Source of the DNA: a virus
Reading direction: 5' to 3' (one strand)
DNA length: 64,000 nucleotides
Virus record (IMG/VR): IMGVR_UViG_3300044213_000051
Coordinates: 23,218 to 87,217 of that record
Shown: positions 1 to 9,309 of the stretch, piece after piece
Numbering within the stretch: the stretch's first letter is position 1
Layout of the letters: every line of letters begins with the position of its first letter
The notes under the pieces: generated by a model
What the model was told of the DNA's origin: nothing
The model's input: the letters and a program-made list of their open reading frames with translations, nothing else
Database searches by the model: none
Translations under genes and position numbers: made by a program

Positions 1-1540
1 TCTCATCCAGCAGCAATAGGTTTGTATTGACTGAGTTCTTCATCTTGGCAATTTGTCTCCATGTAAAGAGGATGGCTAAGTCAATACGCATCTTCTCACC
101 CTCTGAGAAACTTGCGTAAGTAAACTCGTCACGATGGCGTGACTTAACGATCTCGTTAAACGACTCATCAAGTTCAAAATGAATATAAGCATCCATTGCA
201 TTAAGATACTTATTGATCAACTTGTTCATCGCTGGTAAATACTCACGAATGATCGCAGTCTTAATCCCAGTGTCTTTCAACAAAATAGAAGCAACTTCCT
301 CAAGGTTTCGTTTCTCGTTAAGTAATGTTTTCGCAGTAATCTTATCGAGTGCATCTTGAGCCAAATCTTTTAACTTACGTTTCTCTTCATCAATGTTTGT
401 TGTATCATTCTTCGCTGTTTGAATCTCTGATTCAAGGCTACCATTTTGTTTATTGAGTAACGTGATTGTGGAATTTTTTGTTGATAGCTCAATGTTTTTC
501 TCTGTGATTTTTTCAACGATGGAGTTAATACGCTCCAGGTCAGCATTAAGTTTTTGTAAGACTGTGGTAAGATCTTCGACTTTTGAATTATTCTCCGCAA
601 GTTTACTCTCAAGATCTTGAATGATTTTCGACTTATGATCTTCTGGGATGTCTTGACTGCATGACGGACATACTTCATGCTCTGAAAAAAATTCACTGTG
701 TAGTTCACAGGTTTCGACTTTTTGTAACAACTTTGACTTAAGAGTTTTTGCCTTTTCGATATCTTCAGCAATTCGTTTCTTATCCGCAATCCCTGTTTTA
801 AGTGACTCGATCTCCGAAACGATTTGCTCAATCTCGCTCTCTGTCTTAGCCACTTCAGCATTGTTAGCAACAATCTTTGCTTGGATGCTTTCGATTGCTG
901 TGGTCTTGGCTTCGGTAATCGTTTTGATGATTGTTTGCTGAGACTCAACTTTATCTTTTGCGCTCTTGATTTCACTCTCTGTTCTGTTAATAGCATCTTT
1001 AGTTTCCTGCGCTTTCTCTTTCAATAACTGATTCATTATTGAAAAGATTTTAATATCCAAGATATCTTCAATAACTTCTCTACGTTGGTGAGATGGAAGT
1101 TGCATGAATGGAACAAATGAAGCTGATCCGAGGATAACAACTTGTGTGAAGGTCTTGTAATTTAGACGTAGAATTTGTTGCTCAAGAACTTTCTGATAGT
1201 CACGTGATGCAGCATCTTGATTGAGCATGACGCCATCACACCAAATTTCAAATACGTTTGGTTTGATACCACGAATGATTTTATATTCTTTGTTCCCAAC
1301 ATTAAATTCAATGGTGACTAAACAGTTCTTCCCATTGATTGAGTTAATCAACTGTCCCTTGTTAATGTTACGAAATGGTTTTCCAAACAACGAAAAACAC
1401 AATGCGTCTAAGATTGTGCTCTTACCTTCGCCATTCTTACCAATGATTAAAGTTGTTGGTGACTTATCTAACAGTACTTTATTAGCAGAGTTACCAGTAG
1501 ATAAAAAATTTTTCCACTGAACAGAACGAAAAATGATCAC
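1..1540 (-). CDS. gp46: Recombination exonuclease ATPase subunit (Rad50/SbcC-like), 3' end outside window
   Basis: Not in the ORF track; read manually. GTG at 1540 gives (M)IIFRSVQWKNFLSTGN, Walker A GKNGEGKS, zinc hook CPSC, signature FSEGEKMRIDLA, and Walker B LLLLDE at the window edge. Downstream of gp47. Confidence 0.95.
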   Translation of the reverse strand, partial: MIIFRSVQWKNFLSTGNSANKVLLDKSPTTLIIGKNGEGKSTILDALCFSLFGKPFRNINKGQLINSINGKNCLVTIEFNVGNKEYKIIRGIKPNVFEIWCDGVMLNQDAASRDYQKVLEQQILRLNYKTFTQVVILGSASFVPFMQLPSHQRREVIEDILDIKIFSIMNQLLKEKAQETKDAINRTESEIKSAKDKVESQQTIIKTITEAKTTAIESIQAKIVANNAEVAKTESEIEQIVSEIESLKTGIADKKRIAEDIEKAKTLKSKLLQKVETCELHSEFFSEHEVCPSCSQDIPEDHKSKIIQDLESKLAENNSKVEDLTTVLQKLNADLERINSIVEKITEKNIELSTKNSTITLLNKQNGSLESEIQTAKNDTTNIDEEKRKLKDLAQDALDKITAKTLLNEKRNLEEVASILLKDTGIKTAIIREYLPAMNKLINKYLNAMDAYIHFELDESFNEIVKSRHRDEFTYASFSEGEKMRIDLAILFTWRQIAKMKNSVNTNLLLLDE

Positions 1541-1543
1541 TGT

Positions 1544-1903
1544 TTATTTACCTTTAATAATATTATCTTTCCACTCCCAACCAAGAATTAACTTAGTAAA
1601 GATTCTATGTAAAAAATTCGGTTTGGTTTTACGACCAACAGACATATTTGGTGTCACTTTCCAAGAACCAACAGCACCATCTGGTAATACTTGGAAGTCC
1701 TGATAATTTGGACTAACAGTAGCCCAAGTGACAGCACCATTAGCAGCAAGAGTTAATCCTGTTCCAGATGTAAGAGTAATAGAACTCGCTGCCCATTGCT
1801 TACGTTGTTCCTCTTGATATCGTTCACAAGGTGTATAATCTAAATCAAGATTTACTTGCTCAGTTAATGGCCAAAAGAACGGGATCTCTTGTTGATGCAT
1901 CAT
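1544..1903 (-). CDS. Hypothetical protein between gp47 and gp46
   Basis: 119-aa ORF filling the gap, overlapping the gp47 stop, with a GAGG SD; no recognisable motif. Confidence 0.7.
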   Translation of the reverse strand: MMHQQEIPFFWPLTEQVNLDLDYTPCERYQEEQRKQWAASSITLTSGTGLTLAANGAVTWATVSPNYQDFQVLPDGAVGSWKVTPNMSVGRKTKPNFLHRIFTKLILGWEWKDNIIKGK

Positions 1904-2955
1904 TGAACCTCTAAATTGATAGCTTCCGTATAAAGCGATTTCATGAACGATTTTACTTGTTCTTTATCGCTATCAGTTTCAATCGAATCAATAAAATGAG
2001 AAAGAACACTTACAGTGTCTTCCAAATTAATCTCTTCTCCAATCTCTCCGTCCTCAAACTCAGAAAGATCTTCAATAATTTTTACTTCAGTACATCCTTT
2101 ATTATACAGCTTTTGAGTAAATCTGTCAAATTTATAATAATCAGTTTTATTAACTACTACAAGTTTAACATATTTGTCTTTCAAGTCAACAGTATCTAAG
2201 TCCAACGGCTCTTTTTCTTTGTCGTCGTATTCGATTCTGGCGAACATTGTATAAGGATTTTGGATGAATTCGAGTTCTCTTGATTCAAGATCGAACAAGT
2301 GAAATCCTCGGGGATCGTTATAATCTTGCCATGTGAGTTCGTACGGATTTCCCAGATAGTATATGTGAGAATCATTGCTGCGATGATGGTAGTGACCAGA
2401 AAACACAAGATCAAACTTTTCAAACAAATCTTTAGATAAACCTTCATGGCTTTCCATTCCTCTATACATTGCAAAGCCAGCGATTTCAAAATGCCCCATA
2501 CATACAACAGCTGATGTTGTTTTCATATGTTCAATACTTTCAGTATAATTCTCTGGACAAATCCAAGGTATCATGGCAATCTTCATACCATCAACCTCAA
2601 TATCAACAGGAGAATCAATTACGTTGATATTATCATACTCTTGTAACAATAAATCTGGCGAATTTATTTCATTAGTGTTTTTAAAGTAAGTATCATGATT
2701 ACCAGCAAGCATATGTACGCTAATACCTTTATCCTTAAGCTGGTCGAAGAACATCTTTTTTGCTCTGTCAAGTGCGTAAAAATTGACATACTTTCTTCTA
2801 TCAAAGGTATCACCAAGAATAAGAACAGTGCTAATACCAGCTGAATCGAGAATAGGGAAAAAAGTATTGTCATAAAACTTTTGGTAGAAATCTAGAAATG
2901 CTACGCTATCATTCCTCGCACCAAAATGCTGGTCTGTTATTATCGCTACTTTCAA
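1900..2955 (-). CDS. gp47: Recombination endonuclease subunit (Mre11/SbcD-like metallophosphoesterase)
   Basis: Motifs ITDQHFG, LGDTFD, GNHD, GHFE, SGHYH. Likely TTG start at 2955 after GGAGG. Confidence 0.95.
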   Translation of the reverse strand: MKVAIITDQHFGARNDSVAFLDFYQKFYDNTFFPILDSAGISTVLILGDTFDRRKYVNFYALDRAKKMFFDQLKDKGISVHMLAGNHDTYFKNTNEINSPDLLLQEYDNINVIDSPVDIEVDGMKIAMIPWICPENYTESIEHMKTTSAVVCMGHFEIAGFAMYRGMESHEGLSKDLFEKFDLVFSGHYHHRSNDSHIYYLGNPYELTWQDYNDPRGFHLFDLESRELEFIQNPYTMFARIEYDDKEKEPLDLDTVDLKDKYVKLVVVNKTDYYKFDRFTQKLYNKGCTEVKIIEDLSEFEDGEIGEEINLEDTVSVLSHFIDSIETDSDKEQVKSFMKSLYTEAINLEVQ

Positions 2956-3079
2956 TATCAACCTCCAATGTTTTAATGTTAACTGAATACTTCTCTATAT
3001 ACTCACTCAATTCTTGAATATTATCATATGATCCTTCGGTAGTAATACCATCGATCATCATAGCTCGTACACGGATCAT
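2909..3079 (-). CDS. Small hypothetical protein (56 aa)
   Basis: Manual read: MIRVRAMMIDGITTEGSYDNIQELSEYIEKYSVNIKTLEVDIESSDNNRPAFWCEE*. ATG overlaps the AAA gene stop (ATGA); below the ORF-track cutoff. Confidence 0.55.
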   Translation of the reverse strand: MIRVRAMMIDGITTEGSYDNIQELSEYIEKYSVNIKTLEVDIESSDNNRPAFWCEE

Positions 3080-4251
3080 AGGAAACCTACCTTTCTTTCT
3101 TTTGGTTTGTTAACTTGAGTGTTGAAAATTTCAGCGATAGAGAAAGTGATAGTCTCACCACCCTTACGTTCGGGTACAACACCACCAAGTTTATCGGCAA
3201 GTTTTTTCGCATCACCGATTTGTAGTGGTTTGAACTCTACGATGTCAAAACAACGTCCAGGACGAACCAACGCTGAATCAATATCGCGAATAGAAGGCAG
3301 GTTTGTTGAGAAAATCATTTTCTTACCTTTGGTAGTTACCAGACCATCGCCCACATTAAGGAAACGATGCATCATTGTATTACCATCGCTGCGTGATTTT
3401 AAGAACGCATCGCTGTCTTCAAGAATCATAATGTTATCATCTGATTCAATGAAACGTGCAAAGAAACCATCTTTATCCAAAATGTTTGAATCGTAAGAAA
3501 CAACAGCTGATGAGTTTGTGTGCGCAAGCAAACCTCGGATAAAGGTAGTCTTACCAGTTCCAGGTGGTCCAATTAAAAGGAGGATGTTTGCTGAAGATTC
3601 CATGTATCGATCATAATATGATTCTAAACTTTCTCCATTCAAGAAAGGATACATTTCTTCAACTGGAAGGCGATCGCGATTCAACGGAACATTAACAGAG
3701 TTTCCGTCTGCGCTATACACCCATTCGATGTGACAAGTAACAACTGAAAAGTTATTCTCTACCAAAGAAATTACACCATCACAGAAGTCAGCATCACCAT
3801 AAGCACGAACGCTTGTTGTGTTACTGTTTACATCATAACGAATGTAATTATTCGTTTCTTGTTCAATGATCATACCACTAGAACTGTTTGGCTGAATATA
3901 CAATTCTTTTGTGAATGTAGCTTCTGCCCATTTCGCCCAGTGTTCTCTGTTACAAAGAACATTAGTTTCACGATGTACTGTTTTTTGATTTGCGTCAAAA
4001 CGTCTCTTAAGAAGTTCTGATACAATCAAATCATCAAAATCACTACAGCCTAAAAAGATTTTTTGGTTTTCAGTTTCGTTCATAATTTTATTCAAGTTAA
4101 ACATGTTATCAGTGGCATCCCAAGTATGCCTACGAAGAGTTCTATCTTTTCTTCTAGCTCTCCCTCGTCTTCTTCTTACAGGAAATGGGCGAACTCCGTC
4201 AGCAATTAAGCTGTTAATCCAACTGCGGACGCTCGTCGGTCTTGCTGTCAT
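3076..4251 (-). CDS. AAA+ ATPase
   Basis: Walker A GPPGTGKT, Walker B MILEDSD, sensor STN, SRH DSALVRPGRCF. Start uncertain (ATG 4251 or a downstream ATG). Confidence 0.85.
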   Translation of the reverse strand: MTARPTSVRSWINSLIADGVRPFPVRRRRGRARRKDRTLRRHTWDATDNMFNLNKIMNETENQKIFLGCSDFDDLIVSELLKRRFDANQKTVHRETNVLCNREHWAKWAEATFTKELYIQPNSSSGMIIEQETNNYIRYDVNSNTTSVRAYGDADFCDGVISLVENNFSVVTCHIEWVYSADGNSVNVPLNRDRLPVEEMYPFLNGESLESYYDRYMESSANILLLIGPPGTGKTTFIRGLLAHTNSSAVVSYDSNILDKDGFFARFIESDDNIMILEDSDAFLKSRSDGNTMMHRFLNVGDGLVTTKGKKMIFSTNLPSIRDIDSALVRPGRCFDIVEFKPLQIGDAKKLADKLGGVVPERKGGETITFSIAEIFNTQVNKPKERKVGFL

Positions 4252-4780
4252 TCTCTTCACCTATAAAATCATCTAGAGACGCTTTCTTTTTCGCAACCTT
4301 TTCTTTTTTCTTGGTCACAAATGAATCGTCATAATTACTATTGTTTTGCATAAAGTCAATGTAAGCATTATGATAATGCCCATCTTCGTCATGTTCTTGT
4401 ATATCAAATGATTCAAACGACATGTCTTGAATCAACTTACCTTTAATATACGACTGTTTCTTTTCCTTCGAAATTCTTCGCAAGAAAGCAAAGTAAATAA
4501 TCTGAGTAAAATATGCAAAAGGATTGCTTGACTTACTTGGGTCGAAGTTATCAATATAATGAATACAGTTCTCGATGCCATCAAGAATCATATCATCTTT
4601 GTAACTATAGTTAATAAAATTCGGTTTGTATGATAAGTGCGTTGCGATCTTTAAAATACACTCGCCGATATAATTACTAACGATCGGTTTCGGTAAGCCA
4701 TTCTCTTCAGCGTGTTTTACCTTTTCTTTATAATCTTTTATTGCGACTAAAAAGTCAGCGTTATTTACATATTGTGCCAC
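4214..4780 (-). CDS. gp55: Late-transcription sigma factor
   Basis: YVNNADF, YIGECILKIATHLSYKPNFINYSY, NPFAYFTQIIYFAFLRRI are typical T4 gp55 motifs; sits next to gp47/46. Confidence 0.95.
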   Translation of the reverse strand: MAQYVNNADFLVAIKDYKEKVKHAEENGLPKPIVSNYIGECILKIATHLSYKPNFINYSYKDDMILDGIENCIHYIDNFDPSKSSNPFAYFTQIIYFAFLRRISKEKKQSYIKGKLIQDMSFESFDIQEHDEDGHYHNAYIDFMQNNSNYDDSFVTKKKEKVAKKKASLDDFIGEENDSKTDERPQLD

Positions 4781-4817
4781 ATTCGTATCCTCTGTTAATT
4801 AATAACAGCTAAGAGTA

Positions 4818-4846
4818 AGTTTACTTCTAAAGGGGAATTTTGTCAA
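4818..4846 (-). promoter_or_regulatory. Sigma70-type early/middle promoter for gp55
   Basis: Minus strand TTGACA-17 nt-TAAACT about 40 nt upstream of the gp55 start. Confidence 0.75.
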
Positions 4847-4936
4847 ATCTTTTTTCTTGTATATTTACAAAGAAATAAATTTGCTTTTTATTTGACGAAA
4901 GAGTAAAGTTACGGTGTAGGGTTTGATGTGAGTAAA

Positions 4937-5410
4937 TTAATGAATCGTATCATTACCATCAACGAAGTTCTTGTTCTCATCAATTATGCTCTTTAGCATA
5001 TCAAGACGTTTCTTTACTTCTTCCATTGTTAATTCAGACAGCTCTTCATTAACACCCTCCTGATCATCTTCCCACTGCAGATCTTCTGCTTTATTTCCCT
5101 GAGTTGCAAGCACCTCTCGAGAGTTTTCCTCTACGATGCGATTGAAGTGGGGAATTAAAATATGATGGAGATTTTTGATAAACAGGATTTTACTTTTGTC
5201 AATGACCAGTGATTGATCATCGGAGAATTTTGAATATGGAGTTGCGGTAACGTGTTCTTTACCGTTGTTCCCTTCCATAACAGGAAACAATCTAATTAAC
5301 ATCGGATTTAAAATTTTGATCTGGTCTGCAGTTTCAGCTTCCAACACAGCCATTACTTGTTCACCAGAAACAAATTTTACAATTACGTAGTGCTCGTTAC
5401 CAGTTAACAT
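4937..5410 (-). CDS. Conserved hypothetical protein downstream of uvsW (possible Sm-like fold)
   Basis: N-terminal VKFVSGEQVMA pattern; position between uvsW and gp55 as in other T4-like phages. Confidence 0.7.
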   Translation of the reverse strand: MLTGNEHYVIVKFVSGEQVMAVLEAETADQIKILNPMLIRLFPVMEGNNGKEHVTATPYSKFSDDQSLVIDKSKILFIKNLHHILIPHFNRIVEENSREVLATQGNKAEDLQWEDDQEGVNEELSELTMEEVKKRLDMLKSIIDENKNFVDGNDTIH

Positions 5411-6888
5411 AAATTTACCTCTACCAATTTTAAATCAAATTGTTCTTCAGCATAAGTTTTGTATCTTTCTGCTGCGTGATTCAATGTATGATTTTTCCAA
5501 GATTTCCAATGCAGATCGTCAGCAATATCATATAGATTACAATGCGTTTTTCCATCTTTCAAACGCAACCCTCTACCGATTGATTGTAAGTTTCGTATCT
5601 TACTTTTCGAGGGAGATGCAAAGATAACATTTTCCAACGAAGGTATGTTAATACCAGTTGAGAAAGTGCCAAACGAAGCTACAATAATAGCGTCGTCTTC
5701 TCCCTCTGTTATGTGTCTAATAGACTCACGATCTGCAGTTTCTGTTCCACCATAAACGAAAAATACTTTTCGATCTTCGTGAACTTTACTTTTAATCATA
5801 TCGTATAGGACTTTGCCGTGCTTTTCAACGTATTGAAAAAGAACCAGCGTATTGCCGTTAGATTTTACTGCCAAGTTTCGAATAAACTTGTTTCTTGGTT
5901 CACAAGTAACTAGCCAATCCATTTCTTCTTGGTACGTGTTATTCTTTCGTCCTTTACGAATCTCATCATTATATTTCAGAACTACACATGTAATATTTAG
6001 TTGTGCGAGTTTCTGTGTTTCCATCAACTGTTTAGTAGTGGTAACCCTGTGAACTGGACCAAACATACCCTCAAGAACTAAACGATGAACCTTTTTGTTA
6101 TCAAGTGTTCCTGTTGTTCCGATGCGATAGCGAATGTTATCCATTTTTTCCATTACAGTAGATAATGACTTCGCTTTAAACTGATGCGCTTCGTCTCCGA
6201 AAATTACATCGAACTGTTTGAACCAAGCACGTGGTTGTAAATAAACAGATTGCCAAGTTGTAATAAGAACATCTTTGGTAAAATCTTTTGAGAATCCACT
6301 GTATAATTTTTGACAATGACCAGAAACACTCCATTTATTTTCAGTTGAGTAATCTTCAAAGTCAGCGTATAATTGTTCTACTAAAGATGTTGTTGGAACA
6401 ATAATAATACATTTACGATTGTGAGCAAGGTGCCATCTCATCGTAGTGTAGATGATAAACGATTTACCTGATGCTGTTGGAGAAAGAAGTAGAGTACGTT
6501 CTTTATCAAGAGCAGTCTTTACTGCTTCTACTTGATAGTCACGAATTTCAATAGGTTGCCCACGACCCATTGGTTTCAAAATTTTTGCGAATCCTTCAAC
6601 TTGTTCGTGAGTGATTCCATTTTGATATGTTACTTGATTTAAATATTCAACCGCATAGCCATTGCGTGTTGCGAATTCTTCCACGTATGAAACCAAACCT
6701 ACATAGAGTGTTTTTCTCACTTGATCATATAAACGAACTTTACCATCCCACAAACGTGCTCTATACTGTGGAGTAAATCTTGCTCCTGGATACTCGTATG
6801 TGAAAAAGTCCGATAGTTCTTGTTCGACACTTGGGTCGCTGAACACTCGGACATAAACCTCATCTAATTTTTCAATTTTAATTAACAT
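5404..6888 (-). CDS. uvsW: SF2 DNA/RNA helicase UvsW
   Basis: RDYQ, SPTASGKS, DEAH, TGT, QSIGRGLR, WDGKVRL. Probable start MLIKIEK at 6888. Confidence 0.95.
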   Translation of the reverse strand: MLIKIEKLDEVYVRVFSDPSVEQELSDFFTYEYPGARFTPQYRARLWDGKVRLYDQVRKTLYVGLVSYVEEFATRNGYAVEYLNQVTYQNGITHEQVEGFAKILKPMGRGQPIEIRDYQVEAVKTALDKERTLLLSPTASGKSFIIYTTMRWHLAHNRKCIIIVPTTSLVEQLYADFEDYSTENKWSVSGHCQKLYSGFSKDFTKDVLITTWQSVYLQPRAWFKQFDVIFGDEAHQFKAKSLSTVMEKMDNIRYRIGTTGTLDNKKVHRLVLEGMFGPVHRVTTTKQLMETQKLAQLNITCVVLKYNDEIRKGRKNNTYQEEMDWLVTCEPRNKFIRNLAVKSNGNTLVLFQYVEKHGKVLYDMIKSKVHEDRKVFFVYGGTETADRESIRHITEGEDDAIIVASFGTFSTGINIPSLENVIFASPSKSKIRNLQSIGRGLRLKDGKTHCNLYDIADDLHWKSWKNHTLNHAAERYKTYAEEQFDLKLVEVNLC

Positions 6889-7325
6889 TACATCCCAGCT
6901 AAAAATCTCTTCCATTCTACAGCTGTTTTAATTTGCCAGTCACGTGCTTTAATTTGGCTGAGAACAGATTCCAAAAAGTATATCATTGTTTCAAGATAAT
7001 CAATCTTCACCTTCAATGTATTTAGATCAGTGTCACCAGAGAGAAACTCATCCATTTCATTTTTAAGTGGCTTAACACCTTGCCATTGTAACCAACCAAG
7101 ATCTGTCAATTCATCTCGAGACAATTCTCCACGATAATAACGAAACTTGTTTTTACGCAGAATGTTATAATCAGAACTTAATTTTGTGTGTTTGAGTTTA
7201 ACATTAACAAGTAATCTTACATACTTGGCGTGTAGTTTTGGTGTTGCTGTAGAATTTTCGCCCAGATAGTTATCATCAATTTGGGAATCAACATCCCACA
7301 TGTCCTGCATTTCTTCAAGTGTCAT
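6888..7325 (-). CDS. uvsY: Recombination mediator UvsY
   Basis: PKLHAKY, YYRGEL, RDWQIKTAVEWKRFLAG; adjacent to uvsW. Confidence 0.92.
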   Translation of the reverse strand: MTLEEMQDMWDVDSQIDDNYLGENSTATPKLHAKYVRLLVNVKLKHTKLSSDYNILRKNKFRYYRGELSRDELTDLGWLQWQGVKPLKNEMDEFLSGDTDLNTLKVKIDYLETMIYFLESVLSQIKARDWQIKTAVEWKRFLAGM

Positions 7326-7349
7326 AATATCTCCAATGTTCGTAGTATA

Positions 7350-7378
7350 ATTTTACTACGAATCTGCAATAATGTCAA
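7350..7378 (-). promoter_or_regulatory. Sigma70-type promoter for uvsY-uvsW
   Basis: Minus strand TTGACA-17 nt-TAAAAT, followed by a GGAG SD. Confidence 0.75.
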
Positions 7379-7905
7379 GCGAAATTAAAGTAAGAAAACT
7401 TAAAAGTTGCATTACCAACAATATATGGAACATCAGTATTTGTAGACTCGAACATAACTGCGTCAATGGAAGCAGGGAATATATCGTAGAAATTTACAGT
7501 TTGGCTAACGTTGTTGGAATGGTCAAGAATTAATAATGTTGCGTTTGATAAGTTTTTTGCAAGTTCAGATAAAGCTGTAACTGCGTTTGCGTCTACAAGA
7601 TTAATGTATTGTTGATATGTTTCAGGAAACCCCAACGCAACAATCCAATTGTAAATTGCTTTGTAGTTCGCCATCGATTCATCAATTTGAAACTGAATGT
7701 TCAAAGTGTCATACGTCAAGTGATCGCCTGGAATTGGGATGTTAGCAAATGGGTTACCGAAATCTGGAGAACCAAGAGTTATCCCTGGAAGATTTACTTG
7801 CTGACAGAAGTAAGACATCTCTGGCAATGATGCGATCGTAAACAAAAACCCATTAGGCGATAATGGAGTTATTTTTTGCGGAATTGGGTTAGATGTAATA
7901 GTCAT
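7375..7905 (-). CDS. gp3: Tail completion/sheath stabiliser
   Basis: LSPNGF, YFCQQVNLPGI, PGDHLTYD, DESMANY..IYNWI, FYDIFP; located between gp23 and uvsY. Confidence 0.88.
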   Translation of the reverse strand: MTITSNPIPQKITPLSPNGFLFTIASLPEMSYFCQQVNLPGITLGSPDFGNPFANIPIPGDHLTYDTLNIQFQIDESMANYKAIYNWIVALGFPETYQQYINLVDANAVTALSELAKNLSNATLLILDHSNNVSQTVNFYDIFPASIDAVMFESTNTDVPYIVGNATFKFSYFNFA

Positions 7906-7910
7906 AATAG

Positions 7911-7918
7911 TATTTATC
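7911..7918 (-). promoter_or_regulatory. Late promoter (GATAAATA) for gp3
   Basis: Variant of the T4 TATAAATA box, 5 nt before the ATG. Confidence 0.7.
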
Positions 7919-7923
7919 TTATG

Positions 7924-7952
7924 AAAAAAGAGGGATCCGAAGACCCCTCTTT
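7924..7952 (-). terminator. Intrinsic terminator after gp23
   Basis: Minus strand AAAGAGGGGTC-TTCG-GATCCCTCTTTTTT: UUCG-loop hairpin plus U tract. Confidence 0.85.
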
Positions 7953-7989
7953 AAATACCGTTCTTACGTCGGTTTAATTAAAAACTTGA

Positions 7990-9294
7990 TTACATCAAGT
8001 TAGTAACAGCAACCTTACGGTAGTAGTAGTTTTGACCAGCGCCAAGGTTAGTATTGCCATTGTCCAATTGAACGAATGGGTTAGAAACCATACCGTAGCG
8101 AGTCTTGAAACCGATCTTAGGTTGGAAGCTGTTAGGATCAACTGCACGAACCAATTGTAGTGGAACGTATGGGCAGTAGAACAAACCAGCGTCGAATGCT
8201 GAAGTACCTTTGTAACCAGCTACGAAGAACTGAGTAGAAGATTGGTTAGCAGCATATGGATCGATATACACTTTATATTTGCCGTTTAATACACCAGCGA
8301 AAGTAGTTGATGCTTCATCAACATTTAGACCATTGTTACGGTCAAGAGCTGGAGTATAGTCAAGAACTCCCGCCATCGCTAAAGCAGATGCAACATCGCT
8401 TGAGCAGATTAGGAAGTTAGCACGACCACGACGAGTTTGTTGAGCAATCGCATTGGCTTCACGTTCGATTTGGAACATTAGACCTTTGAATTTTTCAACA
8501 GACCAACGACCATTTGAGTCGATATCTAAGTCGAAAGTACCAGCAGTAGCAGTACCAACTTGAGCACCAACTTTAGCAGAAGAGTAAACTGTACGAACAA
8601 CTTCACGGTTGATCTCAGTCATAATCTCAGCAGAAAGAATGTTGCTCAATTCGCCTTCAGCGTCAAGACCATGAACAGCTTTCAAGTCTTGTGCTAATTC
8701 AACTGTGTATTCAGCTTTTAGAGCACGAGTTTGAGCAGTTACGCTAGTCTTTTCGATTGAGAAAGCCATTTCAGCAAAAGCACCACCACCAGAAGTACCT
8801 AGAGCTTCTGCGTTAGCAGTAGTCATACCAGTACCAGTAGTGTAAGCACCGCTCACTGGGTTAGAACCAGTTTGAGTACCAGTACCAGAGAAAGCGTCGT
8901 TAGCTTCGTTGAACAATGCTTCAGTACCGTTTTGGCTGCTGTAGCGTGATTTCATTGCGAAGATCAAACCAGTTGGTTGAGTCATTGGCTGAACACCGCA
9001 AATATCGTAAGCGATAAGTTGTGGCATAGCACGACGTACTAGGCTGATCAATACTGGATCGTAGCCAGCTACGGTACCAGTAGCAGCACCAGAACCACCA
9101 AGGGCTAGACCAGTACCACCAGAGTTAGTTGGAGCATTTTCGAAAAGAGCTTCAGCTTGTTTGCTCATTTCGCGTTCTTGGTTCTCTAAAAGAACCGCAG
9201 TCACTTCTTTACGATAGTGATCTTTAATTTGTGGTAGCGATTCGTGTTCAAGAATCGGTGCCCACTTTTTAAGTAAGTCTTGACGTGCAGTCAT
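7990..9294 (-). CDS. gp23: Major capsid protein
   Basis: KWAPIL, LVRRAMPQLIAYDICGVQPM, RALKAEYTVELAQDLKAVHGLDAE, FYCPYVPL, FQPKIGFKTRYG. Confidence 0.98.
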   Translation of the reverse strand: MTARQDLLKKWAPILEHESLPQIKDHYRKEVTAVLLENQEREMSKQAEALFENAPTNSGGTGLALGGSGAATGTVAGYDPVLISLVRRAMPQLIAYDICGVQPMTQPTGLIFAMKSRYSSQNGTEALFNEANDAFSGTGTQTGSNPVSGAYTTGTGMTTANAEALGTSGGGAFAEMAFSIEKTSVTAQTRALKAEYTVELAQDLKAVHGLDAEGELSNILSAEIMTEINREVVRTVYSSAKVGAQVGTATAGTFDLDIDSNGRWSVEKFKGLMFQIEREANAIAQQTRRGRANFLICSSDVASALAMAGVLDYTPALDRNNGLNVDEASTTFAGVLNGKYKVYIDPYAANQSSTQFFVAGYKGTSAFDAGLFYCPYVPLQLVRAVDPNSFQPKIGFKTRYGMVSNPFVQLDNGNTNLGAGQNYYYRKVAVTNLM

Positions 9295-9309
9295 GGTTTT
9301 TCCTTTTAA

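Noticed and set aside
370-996. 208-aa minus-strand ORF in the track
   Set aside because: Alternative frame inside gp46, which the track missed because its stop lies outside the window.
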